A model generated the notes under the pieces. The model ran no database searches, had not been told where the DNA came from, and saw only the letters and a list, made by a program, of their open reading frames with translations. Source: Tepidisphaerales bacterium (lineage in GTDB: Bacteria > Planctomycetota > Phycisphaerae > Tepidisphaerales > Tepidisphaeraceae). Taken from it: DNA of 53,733 nt. The position numbers and the translations under genes are program-made. Below are positions 53,327-53,733 of the stretch, piece after piece. How positions within the stretch are numbered: the first letter of the stretch is position 1; each line of letters starts with the position of its first letter. The stretch lies in NCBI GenBank assembly GCA_038223165.1, contig JBBRHE010000001.1:1-53733 (forward strand), written 5' to 3'.

Positions 53327-53733
53327 ATGGCAACCACAATCGAACCAACTTCGCCTTCCACGCTCGGCACGCGACGCACGGCGTCGCCTCTGGTCTGGCA
53401 GGGTTTGCGCCTCGGCGTGCCGGGCGAATGGTCGCCCGTGAAGATCGAAGGCGACTTCGACAAGGGCTTTATCTCGCTGGCGGACCTGGACCGTGATCGC
53501 CTCGGTGTGCGATGGCAGACGGTGAGCACCAAGGCGGACCCCGTCGCGCTCGTCAGCACCGCGATGCGCAACGAGGTGGGGCAGTTGGCGTTCGACGAAT
53601 CGATCGAACGGCAGCCTGATGGCGATTGGTCGGTCGCCCGGCTGTACGTCGAGCCCGAACCGCCCGGCCGTGACGTGTGGATCGGATATTCCCACCGAAC
53701 GCGACGGATCGTGCAGGTCGTCTATCACGCCCA
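53327..53733 (+). CDS. Hypothetical soluble protein, 3'-truncated by window edge
   Basis: ATG at 53327, 27 nt after the upstream stop. The frame stays open to the window end (MATTIEPTSPSTLGTRRTASPLVWQGLRLGVPGEWSPVKIEGDFDKGF...) with ordinary composition. The antisense ORF 53012-53728 is Arg/Asp-rich. Confidence 0.5.
   Translation, partial: MATTIEPTSPSTLGTRRTASPLVWQGLRLGVPGEWSPVKIEGDFDKGFISLADLDRDRLGVRWQTVSTKADPVALVSTAMRNEVGQLAFDESIERQPDGDWSVARLYVEPEPPGRDVWIGYSHRTRRIVQVVYHA

Noticed and set aside
53012-53728. 238-aa minus-strand ORF at the window end
   Set aside because: It overlaps the end of the 732-aa membrane protein gene and the downstream plus-strand ORF, and its composition is Arg/Asp-rich. 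I judged it a shadow.

Overview
High-GC chromosomal window from a Gram-negative bacterium: lpxA and a fused lpxC/fabZ are present. The short hairpin repeats between genes and the many secreted or membrane proteins resemble Planctomycetota/PVC genomes, but that lineage call is inference only. Most of the window is ordinary, densely packed housekeeping and accessory metabolism. In order it holds: the 3' end of an S41 C-terminal processing peptidase; an RNase HII-like gene; tRNA-Asp(GTC); two very large secreted clan GH-A-like glycoside hydrolases with carbohydrate-binding modules; a small lipoprotein; a triple-LysM protein; a delta-9-type fatty acid desaturase; a galactokinase-like GHMP kinase; an ADP-ribosylglycohydrolase with a divergent AraC regulator; a treX(glgX)-treZ-treY trehalose-from-glycogen operon; a Gfo/Idh/MocA oxidoreductase; an OmpA/MotB-like lipoprotein; a membrane-anchored HTH protein; a metallophosphoesterase; an ArsR-HTH/SAM-methyltransferase-like (SahR-like) regulator directly upstream of ahcY with an unusual ~430-nt leader; a Fic-family gene remnant; an HDAC-like deacetylase; an exported beta-carbonic anhydrase; an M48 peptidase; an aldehyde dehydrogenase; an orphan PotA-like ABC ATPase; lpxA and lpxC/fabZ; an orphan Phd/YefM-like antitoxin; and a PilZ protein. 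The most unusual content is the last 10 kb (43.4-53.7 kb). It encodes a ~1700-aa protein that fuses an apparently catalytically dead M28/PA peptidase-like ectodomain to an FtsX/MacB-type permease module with no ATPase nearby. Two 670-730-aa polytopic membrane proteins with OPT-like features and an unknown ORF follow on the same strand. I could not match this arrangement to any characterised system, so it is my best candidate for something undescribed. Intergenic regions carry at least six families of short GC-rich hairpin or tandem repeats (REP-like). I found no CRISPR array, rRNA, transposase, integrase or prophage genes.
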